Assembly (NCBI GenBank): GCA_947253405.1
Contig: CAMXZF010000001.1
Coordinates: 1-45,689 of the forward strand
Reading direction: 5' to 3'
Length of the DNA stretch: 45,689 bases
From: an uncultured Candidatus Saccharibacteria bacterium
GTDB taxonomy: Bacteria > Patescibacteriota > Saccharimonadia > Saccharimonadales > Saccharimonadaceae
Part shown: positions 17,800 through 28,185 of the stretch, piece after piece
How positions within the stretch are numbered: the stretch's first letter is position 1
How the letters are laid out: each line of letters opens with the position of its first letter
The notes under the pieces: generated by a model
Database searches by the model: none
Told to the model about the DNA's origin: nothing
The model's input: only the letters and a program-made list of their open reading frames with translations
Made by a program: the position numbers and the translations under genes

Positions 17800-18627
17800 T
17801 TATAGAGGTAGAGAGACGGTTGCAGTTAATCTAATCCAATCATCAATAGTGAGTTCTTGGGCGCGCTTATTTGGATCAATATTGGCGGAAACTAACAGTG
17901 TTTTTGCTTTTGTCTTATTAGTCATTAAGCCGGTTGCTAACGAAGAATGTAGTTTTTTGCGTTTTTCACTAAAACCGGCTCTGACAATCTGAAAAAATTT
18001 ATCTTGTTCATTTTTAGCAACTAGTGGCTTTGGGCGCTTTTTTAGTATAACTACTTGGCTATCTACCTTTGGCGCAGGCATGAATAAATGCGCCGGCACC
18101 TTTGCGTCCAATTTTACTTCAGCAAAAACTTGGGCACTAATTGCTAATAGCGACAATTTACCTGGCTGAGCCGCTAAGCGCTCTGCCACCTCTTTTTGCA
18201 CCAAAAGAACACTTAAGCTTGGAGCGTTACTAGCGGTTAATAATTTTTTTATAATTTTAGACGTAATATTATAAGGAATATTAGCCACTACTTTATAGTC
18301 TTTTTCTAAATTAGCTAAATCAAATTTTAAAAAATCGCAATTTTCAACCTTTAATTTAGCTAGTATGCTCTGGCTAATATTAGGATAAATTTTAGATAAA
18401 TTATTTATTAAATTACTAGCTAGATAATCATCAAATTCTACAGCCGTCACAGAATTCGCCTCCTCTAATAAATGGCCAGTTAAAGTTCCTAAGCCTGGAC
18501 CAACTTCCAGTATATTATCATTGGAAGTAATATTGGCGGCGGAGACAATATCCTTTAATGTAGGTTGATCAAATAGGAAGTTTTGACCCAAACTACTTTT
18601 AGTCGTAAATTTTAGGTATTCCATCAT
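17800..18627 (-). CDS. rsmA: 16S rRNA m6,2A dimethyltransferase (KsgA)
   Basis: LGQNFL, EVGPGLG, ANIPY, PAPKVDS; start placed at ATG 18627. Confidence 0.96.
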   Translation of the reverse strand: MMEYLKFTTKSSLGQNFLFDQPTLKDIVSAANITSNDNILEVGPGLGTLTGHLLEEANSVTAVEFDDYLASNLINNLSKIYPNISQSILAKLKVENCDFLKFDLANLEKDYKVVANIPYNITSKIIKKLLTASNAPSLSVLLVQKEVAERLAAQPGKLSLLAISAQVFAEVKLDAKVPAHLFMPAPKVDSQVVILKKRPKPLVAKNEQDKFFQIVRAGFSEKRKKLHSSLATGLMTNKTKAKTLLVSANIDPNKRAQELTIDDWIRLTATVSLPL

Positions 18628-18635
18628 TCTGTCAT

Positions 18636-19814
18636 TTAATACGATTTGTGTACCTGCCAATAATCATAGGCACCTTGGATACTACCATACCTACCAACAC
18701 AATAGGAATGGAACCACCTTAGCTGCGTAATTGGATTAGTTTCCCAGTCACCGCCCGCACTAGCCATTTTTCCACCCGGTAACGCCTGCGGCAAGCCATA
18801 AGCTCCGCTAGGGTTTCTAGCGTTATAGCGCCAACCAGATTCTCTAGAGATAATAAAGTTAGTCGCACCATAGTCACTTTCTGGTATGCCCGCCATAGCC
18901 ATCCAGTCCTGGTGACTTCCAGGTGGTAACTCTACTTTTGTACCCCTAACTTCAATGCGCTTTTCTGGTGCCTCGACAACAACCTCACTAACCTTGGATC
19001 TACCTATTTCTTGTCCATTCTTAATATTAACCTCGTAGATAACTGTCTTTTTACCCTTTTTGCCCGGTTGAGTAACTTCATAAAAGCCTATTTTTTTACT
19101 AGGATCTTTAACCTCTTCAGTTTCAAATGGTATCTCTTCTTCTTCTTCTGTAGTCTGTAAGCCTTCACGCCAAATTTCAAGATACATATTATCCGTTACT
19201 GGGGTATCAAGACTTAAGCTAACCTTATCGGATTTAGCCGGCTTTATTTGTGAACGTTTTAAAAAATCACCAACGGTTTTTTCTAAAGTTCTAAGTTTGA
19301 TTCTTTGGCCATATAATTTTAAGTTTACTGTATTAGCTCTACTAATTTTTGCCTCTATACCAGCGCCGCCATATGCCAATAAATCATCTTTAATTAACCT
19401 AACATCGACTCGATCACTGGGCTTTAGTTTTATATTGGCATCTTTTACTGCCTGTAAAATATTAGTCTCTGGGGTCATTATCCGATTAACCCGATTGCCA
19501 TCAACAACCACAACTGGCCGAGAGCGCTTAATGTTAACTACTGTTAAAAAATTATCTAACTTATGATCAAGCTTCAGATTAATACTGTCAGCGTAACGCA
19601 ATTTCAACTTAGCGTCCTTTAGGGCTTCACCCACTGTTTGGCTTTTAGTAACAATAGTTTTTTCCTCGCCATTATCATAAAAAGTTACCATTCGACTAGT
19701 ACTATCATATTTACTAGCAGCAAAAGCTACGGACGGTGATATGCTGCCAAAAATTATTACAGCTACGCTAAGTCGAATAAAAAAAGACCACAAAAAACCT
19801 ATCTTCATTTGCAT
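18636..19814 (-). CDS. RpfB/YabE-like protein: DUF348 repeats, G5 domain, lytic transglycosylase-like domain
   Basis: Signal/TM, TVGEAL and TVGDFL repeats, G5-like segment, C-terminal RESGW...AYGLPQALP; adjacent to rsmA. Confidence 0.85.
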   Translation of the reverse strand: MQMKIGFLWSFFIRLSVAVIIFGSISPSVAFAASKYDSTSRMVTFYDNGEEKTIVTKSQTVGEALKDAKLKLRYADSINLKLDHKLDNFLTVVNIKRSRPVVVVDGNRVNRIMTPETNILQAVKDANIKLKPSDRVDVRLIKDDLLAYGGAGIEAKISRANTVNLKLYGQRIKLRTLEKTVGDFLKRSQIKPAKSDKVSLSLDTPVTDNMYLEIWREGLQTTEEEEEIPFETEEVKDPSKKIGFYEVTQPGKKGKKTVIYEVNIKNGQEIGRSKVSEVVVEAPEKRIEVRGTKVELPPGSHQDWMAMAGIPESDYGATNFIISRESGWRYNARNPSGAYGLPQALPGGKMASAGGDWETNPITQLRWFHSYCVGRYGSIQGAYDYWQVHKSY

Positions 19815-19852
19815 AATTTTCTAAAGCTATTATAGCATGTGGGCTGTAGTGG

Positions 19853-21010
19853 CTATTGACACATACTGCCACAATAGTTGGCTACGTTAGAGTTATGCTC
19901 GTCAATAGTCTTTGCATAGTAGGTTTTGCCGTTATCGCTAGCTACAAAATAATAATAGTCACTCTTTTCCATTTCCGATACCGCCCTTAAGGCTGTTAGG
20001 GTTGGATTTGCTATAGGTGTAGGTGGTAGGCCTTTGTGAATACGCGTATTAAAAGCTGAATCACAATCGGGTGAATTTTGAGTACACAAATTATTATTAT
20101 AAGCGTACTGATAAGTTACATCAGATCCTAAATTCATATTGTTGTTTAAGCGATTAAAAAACACACTAGCGACCTTTGGCTGATCTTCTTTATTGTGAAC
20201 CTCTTTAGTCACTATTGAGGCTAAAGTTAGACCTTCATGAAAATTGAGACCCTTAGATTTAAAACCTTCGCGTAATTTATACTTTTTGTTAACTTTTGAT
20301 AATTCATTTAGTGACTTTTTAATCACTTCTGAAAGCTTATCACCAACAGCTACTCGATAAGTGTCTGGATATAAGTAGCCCTCTAGCGTGGCATCAGCTG
20401 GCTTATCACTTAGAATATCAAAATCATAATGAGTATTTAGGGCTTCGTCAATTTCCCTATCGGTATAGTCATATTTTTTAAACGACTCTTTAATCTCTGC
20501 TAAACTTAATCCTGGTAAAATTTGCACATCAACAATTTCGCCGTCCAGCTTAGTGAGTTTAGATACTATTTCAGCCAATGGATAACTTGGGCTAACCATA
20601 TGCGTCCCCGCTCTTAAAACACTGCCATTTAACCGGGCATATATTTTAAACGCTAAAACATTACGGATAAAACCAGATTTTTTCAAAGCTACTGCAACAT
20701 CATCAACCGTAGCGCCCTTATTAACTTCAAATTGATAAGCTCCTTTATCTGCAATATTAGCCGACTTAGTTGAGCTATCCCACCACAATAAAGCAATGAT
20801 TATTACAGTTAAAATTAAACCAATAATTGAACCGACTGTACCATAAATAATCCTTCTGTGGCGATTGAGTTGCTTTTTAGCCTCTTTTTTGGCCTTAAGC
20901 TCTTGAGCTGACATTTTTCTACTAGAGTCTAAATCTATTAAAGTTTTAAAATTAAGCTCTACGTAATCTTCGGCAATTTCAATTGAAGGTCGACGTTTTA
21001 TTTCTGTCAT
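19853..21010 (-). CDS. mltG: Endolytic transglycosylase
   Basis: EGYLYPDTY, LASIVTKE, VFFNRL, GLPPTPIANP. Confidence 0.93.
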   Translation of the reverse strand: MTEIKRRPSIEIAEDYVELNFKTLIDLDSSRKMSAQELKAKKEAKKQLNRHRRIIYGTVGSIIGLILTVIIIALLWWDSSTKSANIADKGAYQFEVNKGATVDDVAVALKKSGFIRNVLAFKIYARLNGSVLRAGTHMVSPSYPLAEIVSKLTKLDGEIVDVQILPGLSLAEIKESFKKYDYTDREIDEALNTHYDFDILSDKPADATLEGYLYPDTYRVAVGDKLSEVIKKSLNELSKVNKKYKLREGFKSKGLNFHEGLTLASIVTKEVHNKEDQPKVASVFFNRLNNNMNLGSDVTYQYAYNNNLCTQNSPDCDSAFNTRIHKGLPPTPIANPTLTALRAVSEMEKSDYYYFVASDNGKTYYAKTIDEHNSNVANYCGSMCQ

Positions 21011-21441
21011 AATTGCCCGCTCTCTAAATAATCGCTTAAGATTAAACTCGCCGCCATACTATCTAGCGTGCCGTCCTTTATCATTGACTCTTCAAAGCCC
21101 TTCTGTCTGCGCAATATCTTTTCCGCTTTTACGGATGTTAAACTTTCGTCCTGCATAGCAAAGGTTAAGGCTAAACCATGGTCTTTTAGATAGCGATCTA
21201 GGCTGATAGCAAAATCACGGCTATATTGACTTTGTCTAGTTTCTAATCCGTCATTATTACGCGGTAAACCAACCACCACTACCTTAGATTGATGTTTTAA
21301 AAATAAATCTCGTAAAATAGAAAAAGTTGTTTGATCGTTAGTGACCGCGTCTAAAGGTGAAGCTATTTTAACTAAAGTATCACCAATAGCTACACCGATG
21401 CGTTTACTGCCGACATCTAAACCAACCACCACTTCACTCAT
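21007..21441 (-). CDS. ruvX: Holliday junction resolvase-like / pre-16S nuclease YqgF
   Basis: GLDVGSKRIGVA, VVGLP, DESLTS, DSMAA; start placed at ATG 21441. Confidence 0.92.
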   Translation of the reverse strand: MSEVVVGLDVGSKRIGVAIGDTLVKIASPLDAVTNDQTTFSILRDLFLKHQSKVVVVGLPRNNDGLETRQSQYSRDFAISLDRYLKDHGLALTFAMQDESLTSVKAEKILRRQKGFEESMIKDGTLDSMAASLILSDYLESGQL

Positions 21442-21448
21442 AGCAAAG

Positions 21449-23305
21449 TTATTCGTCAACAGTAAATTTTATATTAACTTTGTCCGCACTAGAAACAGAA
21501 TTAACCCAAAATGGTACCATGACTACGTCAACATCAGTGACGCCAGCCAACTTTGACACACCGGCTTTAATCTCTTCGCTCTTTTTACCGATAACTTGTT
21601 TTTTAAGCTGATTTTCGTCTATCTTAGCCCCTATGTGGCTAGTGGTTTGAAAGTTAACAGTATAACCACGAGCAACCTGACTAAAGCCACTAAACTTTAT
21701 CGACTTAAGGCCATCATCATAGACCTTTTGGTCTGCAGCCTCGGGCTTAGCCTTTACATTAGATTTTAATACTTTCGATAAATCTTTTTTACTAACCGAC
21801 ACTAAAGTGTAAGTTACCTCAACACTAACAGAGCCACTACCGTTTGGCGTTTCATCCACATTAGGCGAAGCCTTAACTGCACCATAATTAACACTAAAGC
21901 TATCGTCTATGATGATATCGCTATCATTTACTTGCGAGGTTAGCTCTTTCTTAATTTTTTCACTATCTAAATTATTCTTAATCTTTTCAACCGCAGCATC
22001 AATATCTGACTGCTTAACTACTTTTACAGTATCTTTCTTGCCACCCGAAAAACTATCTCTAACAACAGCGCCAACAGTTTGTTGATTATAGCCAGCTACT
22101 GCTAATGGGGTATTGCTCTCGATATTATATTCTGGTCCAACATTCACGGCGGTAGCCTTTACAGAAACGCCTCTTGTGCAGTCTGTTCTATCAGTATCTT
22201 TTTTGCCTTCTACAGTAACTGAGCCATCAGTGGTATACTGCATGCCATTAGCATATAATCTGGTTCCAGCATTAACTGTAACAGTATTACTTGTACCTTC
22301 ATTTCGATTATACCGATCCTGATAATTACATATTGTTACCACACCCTTAGCACGTTCGCCAACTTCTTTAGTGCCAGTAGCCTCGAAATTGGTCGATTCG
22401 TTAAGCTTTTTTTGCTTAATATTAGCAACTAATGTACCTGTATCAAAGTTGACGTCACCCGATGGTATTAAATTAAGACTGCCTTTCGTATCAAGCGCCG
22501 TAGTCTTTGACTTAATCAGAATATTGGCATGGGGTGCAAAAATAAACGCCCAAACCGAACCGCCGCCCAAAAGAAGTAGCAAAGCTAGGCCGATTAAAAG
22601 TTTTTTACGAAAACTGGCAAAATCCGGTATACCGCGACCCTTAGCGCGCTTTGCTTTCTTATTGTTATTTTTAGAGCCATCTTCTTCATCATCATTTATG
22701 CCATTAGCATTTAGATCGTTATTTATTTTATCTTCGGTTTCAATAGCATCAACTACGGCAGACATCGACTTGTCCTCTTTGGCTTTGTCGGTATCGCTAT
22801 AAGCTTCATCTAGTTCGCCAATCGATAAATCGCTACCATCAATTACATCGCTAACGTCGTCATCCACTTTAATATTAGGTACTACTGGTGATGAATTAAT
22901 ATTTTTGGCAACTGGTATACCTAAGCCCGCAGCTAAGTTGATCAATGCTTTATCAGTAGTAACTAAAGAAATTTTCTTGCGACCATTGCGAGCTACACGA
23001 AGTAATAATTTTAAGTTAACTACACTCTGTAAAGCCCCAAATCTTTTAGGTGGAGCTAAAGCAATTTCTTTACTATTGCTGGCTTTTACTTTACTGATTA
23101 TGGCAGTAATGTCATCATCGGTATCTAAATAGATTAAAGACCTATCATCATCTTCTTGAGTGCTTTTCTTATTACTAGATTCGGCTTTTTTATCTTGATA
23201 AATTTTAATATCGTTATCTTCTTCTGCAGAGAAATTAACAACCTTCAAGCCACCTTTAGGCTTACTTTTGTTATTACCATTGTCTAATTCGTCTAGCTTG
23301 CTCAT
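21449..23305 (-). CDS. Bitopic membrane protein with baseplate J/gp47-like extracytoplasmic domain
   Basis: Cytoplasmic N-domain (YLDTDDDITAII...SVVNLKLL), one TM, then AKGVVTICN...AGT...GPEYNI...FSGG...VKQSDID; family recognised from memory. Confidence 0.65.
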   Translation of the reverse strand: MSKLDELDNGNNKSKPKGGLKVVNFSAEEDNDIKIYQDKKAESSNKKSTQEDDDRSLIYLDTDDDITAIISKVKASNSKEIALAPPKRFGALQSVVNLKLLLRVARNGRKKISLVTTDKALINLAAGLGIPVAKNINSSPVVPNIKVDDDVSDVIDGSDLSIGELDEAYSDTDKAKEDKSMSAVVDAIETEDKINNDLNANGINDDEEDGSKNNNKKAKRAKGRGIPDFASFRKKLLIGLALLLLLGGGSVWAFIFAPHANILIKSKTTALDTKGSLNLIPSGDVNFDTGTLVANIKQKKLNESTNFEATGTKEVGERAKGVVTICNYQDRYNRNEGTSNTVTVNAGTRLYANGMQYTTDGSVTVEGKKDTDRTDCTRGVSVKATAVNVGPEYNIESNTPLAVAGYNQQTVGAVVRDSFSGGKKDTVKVVKQSDIDAAVEKIKNNLDSEKIKKELTSQVNDSDIIIDDSFSVNYGAVKASPNVDETPNGSGSVSVEVTYTLVSVSKKDLSKVLKSNVKAKPEAADQKVYDDGLKSIKFSGFSQVARGYTVNFQTTSHIGAKIDENQLKKQVIGKKSEEIKAGVSKLAGVTDVDVVMVPFWVNSVSSADKVNIKFTVDE

Positions 23306-23310
23306 AAAAA

Positions 23311-24564
23311 CTATATCCTAAGAATTCTATCGAGTTTATCTTTAATGCTATTATTGCTGTTACTGGTTGTGTCTATTGTATCATGTCCGACTCGCAAAAG
23401 ACCAAGCGCTGTTATCATCGTATGGTCAATAACGTCACCAGTATTATCATTAATCCCGATAACATCGCAAGGTCTAATATGTTTAATCTTGGGACGTTTA
23501 GCAAAGGGCAAATCTTTGTACCAATCAGAAGATTCAAGTCTATCAACCAAAGGTCCAAGTGAAGCGCCACCACCGCATAACAAAATCCTATTAGGTAAAT
23601 GGTCAACTGCCTCAAATTCGCTAAGCGCTAACTGCACCCCAGTAATCCAAACGTCTAAAGTTTTTTGAACTGCCTCATCAATAACTTCTTTAACTTTAGG
23701 TTTAATCTTTGGATCATCAAGGTTAACTTTTAATTTTTCAGCAGCATTGTAGCCTATACCTAAATCGGTGCTAATAGTTTTAGTAAATGAGCCACCAGCT
23801 ACGCCAAACATTCTTGTACCTTCAACACCACCATCATTAACTACGGCAATATCCGTACTACCACCACCAATATCGCATAAAATAGCAGAATAATCTGGGT
23901 TGTCTTTATTGCCAAGCACGGCTCGAGCCACAGCAAAAGGTTCAGCGGCAACTGCTACGAGCTCTAAATCAAGCTCTCTAGCTGTGCGCTCTAGTGCGCC
24001 AATGTGCATCATCGGGGCAAAGGCTGTATAAATTTGTATAGCCACATCTTTGCCCTGAAAACCAATCGGGTTACTAACTTTATAGCCATCAATACTAATG
24101 CTTACGATGGCCGAATTGACAAGCTTAACCTCTACATCACTATTACCAGTTTCAAAGCCAATTTGCTTTTGTGCTTTTTCTGCCGCTCTAGCCTGAACTT
24201 TTTCGATAATTAATCCCATTTCAGCACTATCGAGCTGTCTATCTGGGCGTGGTCGCTTATAGCGAATTGTTGAAGTTAGACCCTTAACGAACTCACCGGC
24301 AATACCGATAATAACTTTTTTAGCCTGAACGCCAGCCTGCTCTTCGGCGTCAACCAAAGCTGACTCAGCACTTTTAATGACACCAGATATATCAGCAATT
24401 GCACCGCTAAACATATTACCAAACTCTTGACGCGCCCTACCTACACCAACAATATTCAGTTCATCATTTTCAGATTTAGCAATTAGCGCTTTGGTGTACT
24501 GCGTACCAATGTCTAAGGCCACAATATATTGCCCGGTATTATTAGATCTAGAGAATATACCCAT
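23311..24564 (-). CDS. FtsA-like actin-superfamily ATPase
   Basis: ALDIGT, AEP, DIGGGST and LCGGGA actin-fold motifs; not in a dcw/ftsZ context. Confidence 0.85.
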   Translation of the reverse strand: MGIFSRSNNTGQYIVALDIGTQYTKALIAKSENDELNIVGVGRARQEFGNMFSGAIADISGVIKSAESALVDAEEQAGVQAKKVIIGIAGEFVKGLTSTIRYKRPRPDRQLDSAEMGLIIEKVQARAAEKAQKQIGFETGNSDVEVKLVNSAIVSISIDGYKVSNPIGFQGKDVAIQIYTAFAPMMHIGALERTARELDLELVAVAAEPFAVARAVLGNKDNPDYSAILCDIGGGSTDIAVVNDGGVEGTRMFGVAGGSFTKTISTDLGIGYNAAEKLKVNLDDPKIKPKVKEVIDEAVQKTLDVWITGVQLALSEFEAVDHLPNRILLCGGGASLGPLVDRLESSDWYKDLPFAKRPKIKHIRPCDVIGINDNTGDVIDHTMITALGLLRVGHDTIDTTSNSNNSIKDKLDRILRI

Positions 24565-24630
24565 ACTAAGCTACATTATACAACATTAACGCTTAAGTTA
24601 AATAGACTACTAAAGGCTTTACTCTATAAT

Positions 24631-26214
24631 TTATAAGACAGCTTTGGGCATAATTCTTATTAGTCTTCGCTGTGACTGGTGACTGGCATCAAAGCAAGTC
24701 TTCGCACCCACATAATACGGAGTATTATTAGGATCGTTTACGCAATAGTCCCCTTGCCTAAGAAGAATAAGTCGACTAGACTTTGGGATACCATAATAAA
24801 TTCGAAATTGCTTTCTAAGCCATTCTTCCTCATGACCATTATAGGCAAAATCTTGAGATTCTGTGTTTTTAAGTAATACCGGCAATGGCTTAAGCGTAAT
24901 AACCTTACGATTGGATTTTAGCTGCTGTTTTATGCTAATAGCCCGAGCATCAAACGCTTCTTGTCTAATAACTAAAGCTTTTAAAGTGGGTTTGAAATTA
25001 ATGAATAGTAGTGGCAGCTCAATTATTAATAGCAACGCCATGATTCCTAAGCTAATTTTAGAAGATAAGTTATTGCCAACTTTATCAATAATTAATCGAA
25101 AGACCATAGCGGCCACTATCACCAACATTAATGAAAAAATCGATGCTGGTATAAGGTAAGTTCGCATCGCCTTATAGCCACTAGCAGCCATACTCATAGC
25201 AATAAAGAAAACGGCTGTTCCAGCAATCATAAAGACCACCATTAAGGATAGTGCTAGGCCAACTTTCTTACGATCCTTCAGCTTTGGCAAAAGAAACGCC
25301 AAAAATATACCGACTAGCAATATAAAAATCAATCGTCTAGGCGATAAAATATAAAACATTCCTTGAAAATTAGAAAACAGATCATTAAGTGCTCTAGCAA
25401 AATCAAACTGAGAGCCAGTATAGGCCCGCCTATTGACTGATCCCGGAGAAATATAAATTAAAATAAAACCACAAATAGAGGCAGCTAAACCAGTCCATAA
25501 AGTTGATAGTCTGATCTTTCTAAGGCTAGTGACTGGCCAAATTTTAAATAATTTAGCTAGGCCAACCCCGATTAAAGCTAGGGCAAATAGCCCCACTAAG
25601 AAAATATCGGTTAACTCGTTAAAAAATGACCCTAAAACTATTAGCCCAAACAAACCCGCCAAGTGATATTTACTAATTGATTTCTTATAGTTTAAGTGAA
25701 TTACTAAACTAGCCGCCAGAATCGTCACAATAATGCCCGGCACGTAGACATAGCTTGATGTCACCCAAAAATAATTATCGAACAAACTGAAGGACGATAA
25801 AATTATTACCGAATTAATCGCTAGCGCACTAGCTAAAACCAGAAAGTTATCTTTCTTTTTTAGCAAGTTATTTAGCACAACCTTAGCTAGTATAAATGAA
25901 GCCAGGAAAAGCAGTGCGAGCAAAATTAAAGTAGCTACTACAGTAGTCCTATCGTGGAAAAAATAATTAACTGCCCGAAGTGCAAACGCATATCCACCCC
26001 GACCATTTTCTAGAAAGTAAAAATAACTAGCAGACTTAAACGGGTTAGGACTACTATAATGGGTATTTAAAAAGGCGTAATCATCAGCTATCATCCTAGT
26101 GAATACTGCCATTAATAAAATTACAGTTAAGACAACACCACTAATTGCCCCTACCATTAAACAGCGCCAGCGGCCATCGCGATTTAAGTCAGCTTTATTT
26201 TTAATGTCTGCCAT
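24631..26214 (-). CDS. Polytopic membrane protein, DUF6056/GT-C-like
   Basis: First-loop ADDY and ENGR, about 11 TM helices, SPGSVNR, soluble C-terminal tail. Confidence 0.55.
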   Translation of the reverse strand: MADIKNKADLNRDGRWRCLMVGAISGVVLTVILLMAVFTRMIADDYAFLNTHYSSPNPFKSASYFYFLENGRGGYAFALRAVNYFFHDRTTVVATLILLALLFLASFILAKVVLNNLLKKKDNFLVLASALAINSVIILSSFSLFDNYFWVTSSYVYVPGIIVTILAASLVIHLNYKKSISKYHLAGLFGLIVLGSFFNELTDIFLVGLFALALIGVGLAKLFKIWPVTSLRKIRLSTLWTGLAASICGFILIYISPGSVNRRAYTGSQFDFARALNDLFSNFQGMFYILSPRRLIFILLVGIFLAFLLPKLKDRKKVGLALSLMVVFMIAGTAVFFIAMSMAASGYKAMRTYLIPASIFSLMLVIVAAMVFRLIIDKVGNNLSSKISLGIMALLLIIELPLLFINFKPTLKALVIRQEAFDARAISIKQQLKSNRKVITLKPLPVLLKNTESQDFAYNGHEEEWLRKQFRIYYGIPKSSRLILLRQGDYCVNDPNNTPYYVGAKTCFDASHQSQRRLIRIMPKAVL

Positions 26215-26226
26215 AAAACTCCATTT

Positions 26227-28140
26227 CTATATTAACACTGCTTTAATACGCCTAATGCCAGCGCTAGATGATTCTTCTTTTTTAATTTTGAACTTAGCAG
26301 CTGTACTGTCAACTGCCTTGCCGTCATATTCACCGCGTTCTGCTAATTGGCCAGTGTGATCAACATGTGGGCCACCGCAAATTTCTAAGCTAGCAATATT
26401 ATCACCTTCACCGATTTGATATACCTTGACGGTTTCACCGTAGCGGCCGCCAAAAGGTCCGATTGCACCCATCTCTAAAGCTTCTTTGGTGGGATAACTT
26501 TTAAAGCTAACTGGTAAATCTTTTTTTATCCAATTATTAACTAAATCTTCTACTTGCGCTTTTTCGTCATCAGTCATTTTGTGGTCTAAGTTAAAGTCAA
26601 AACGTAAACGTTCGCTAGTAATATTAGAGCCGTGCTGCCTGATACTATCGCCAAAAACTTTGCGGAGAGCTGACTGCAACAAATGCGTTGCCGTATGATA
26701 ACGACGATGTTGCCAAGTCTGACCACCTAAACCACCCTTAAACTTGCCTTTAGCTGCAGTTTTACTTAAATCTTTTTGTCTGCGCATTAACTCATCAAAC
26801 CGTTCTCGCCAATCATCAGCAATATTAATTTGACGTTTAGTAGCCTCTTCAATCGATAGTTCAACCGGAAATCCGTAAGTATCATAAAGTTTAAAAATTT
26901 CTTCGCCAACTAAGCCATCATCAGATAGCTTGTTAAACTCTTTTAAGCCCTTACGTAAAGTTGAGCGGAACGCTTTCTCTTCCTTGGTTAAAATTCGAAT
27001 AACCTCTTTTTCAGCTTTAGCCACCTCTGGAAAATAATCTTGATAAATTCCTGCGATAGTTGGTATAACTTCTTCTAAAAAGTTTTGCTCTATTCCTAGG
27101 TCAAATGCAAAACGAACTGCACGGCGTACTAATCGGCGCATAACATAGCCCTGTCGTTTGTTGCTTGGCGTCACGCCATCAACCGCCAAAAAAGTCGCCG
27201 CTCTTAAATGATCAGCAATGACACGCATCGATTGCTTATGGTCATCATATTTTAGTTTGCTAATATGCTCAATTTTCTTAATAATGGGCGTAAATAATGA
27301 TGTCCTAAATATATCTGAAGAATCAATAGCGGCGGCGGCGATCCGCTCTAAGCCGCCACCAAAGTCAACGTTAAATTTAGGTAATTTGGCAAAGCCGTCT
27401 TTAGTACGTACATACTGCATAAAAACTGAGTTGCCAATTTCGAGAAATCTTCCACAATCACAATTGGGATGACATTTGGCGCCAAATTTAGGATTATGCT
27501 CAATCTCACTAAATTCGTAAAATACCTCACTATCTGGGCCACAAGGATCCCCGATTGGTGTCGTATCTGGAGCGCCATTTCGGCTCCACCAATTTTTACT
27601 GCCATCATAGAAAAAAATGCGCTCATTTGGCTTTACACCAATTTCAGCACCATTTTCTTCGGAACCAATATCTACTGTAAGCGCCTTTACACCTTTGGAT
27701 TCAAATAAATTGCGCCAAGTCTCGGCAGCTTCAGTGTCTCTGGGTATATCGTTATCTTTATCCCCCTGAAAGCAGGTTACGTATAATCGTTCTGGGTCTA
27801 ATTTAATTTCGTCTACCAAAAAATGAAAAAACCAGCTGAGCTGCTCTTTCTTAAAATAATCACCTAAGCTCCAGTTGCCTAGCATCTCGAAAAAGGTAGT
27901 ATGGCGATTATCGCCGACCTCTTCAATATCTTGTGCTCGCACACAAGTTTGTGTATCGGCTAGACGTCTACCTTTAGGATGCTCTTTGCCCAAAAGGTAC
28001 TTGAGTAATGACTGCATGCCAGAGCCAGTAAATAAAGTTGTTTGATCATTTTCAGGTACAACTTTTGCTCGATCAATAATAACGTGATTGTTTTTTTTAG
28101 CATAATCTAAAAATCGCTGTCTAATATCTTCGGCCTTCAT
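26227..28140 (-). CDS. alaS: Alanine-tRNA ligase lacking C-Ala domain
   Basis: TTFFEMLGN, GLERI, LYDTYGFP; editing HTATH and CGGPH; ends at GIRRIKA. Confidence 0.96.
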   Translation of the reverse strand: MKAEDIRQRFLDYAKKNNHVIIDRAKVVPENDQTTLFTGSGMQSLLKYLLGKEHPKGRRLADTQTCVRAQDIEEVGDNRHTTFFEMLGNWSLGDYFKKEQLSWFFHFLVDEIKLDPERLYVTCFQGDKDNDIPRDTEAAETWRNLFESKGVKALTVDIGSEENGAEIGVKPNERIFFYDGSKNWWSRNGAPDTTPIGDPCGPDSEVFYEFSEIEHNPKFGAKCHPNCDCGRFLEIGNSVFMQYVRTKDGFAKLPKFNVDFGGGLERIAAAAIDSSDIFRTSLFTPIIKKIEHISKLKYDDHKQSMRVIADHLRAATFLAVDGVTPSNKRQGYVMRRLVRRAVRFAFDLGIEQNFLEEVIPTIAGIYQDYFPEVAKAEKEVIRILTKEEKAFRSTLRKGLKEFNKLSDDGLVGEEIFKLYDTYGFPVELSIEEATKRQINIADDWRERFDELMRRQKDLSKTAAKGKFKGGLGGQTWQHRRYHTATHLLQSALRKVFGDSIRQHGSNITSERLRFDFNLDHKMTDDEKAQVEDLVNNWIKKDLPVSFKSYPTKEALEMGAIGPFGGRYGETVKVYQIGEGDNIASLEICGGPHVDHTGQLAERGEYDGKAVDSTAAKFKIKKEESSSAGIRRIKAVLI

Positions 28141-28185
28141 GCCTTTATTCTAGCACAGCCCCTAAAAATAACTATTCCAAAAGTT

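Noticed and set aside
21449..23305. Prophage or contractile injection system
   Set aside because: The baseplate-like gene is isolated, membrane-anchored and embedded among core genes, with no sheath, tube or capsid genes.
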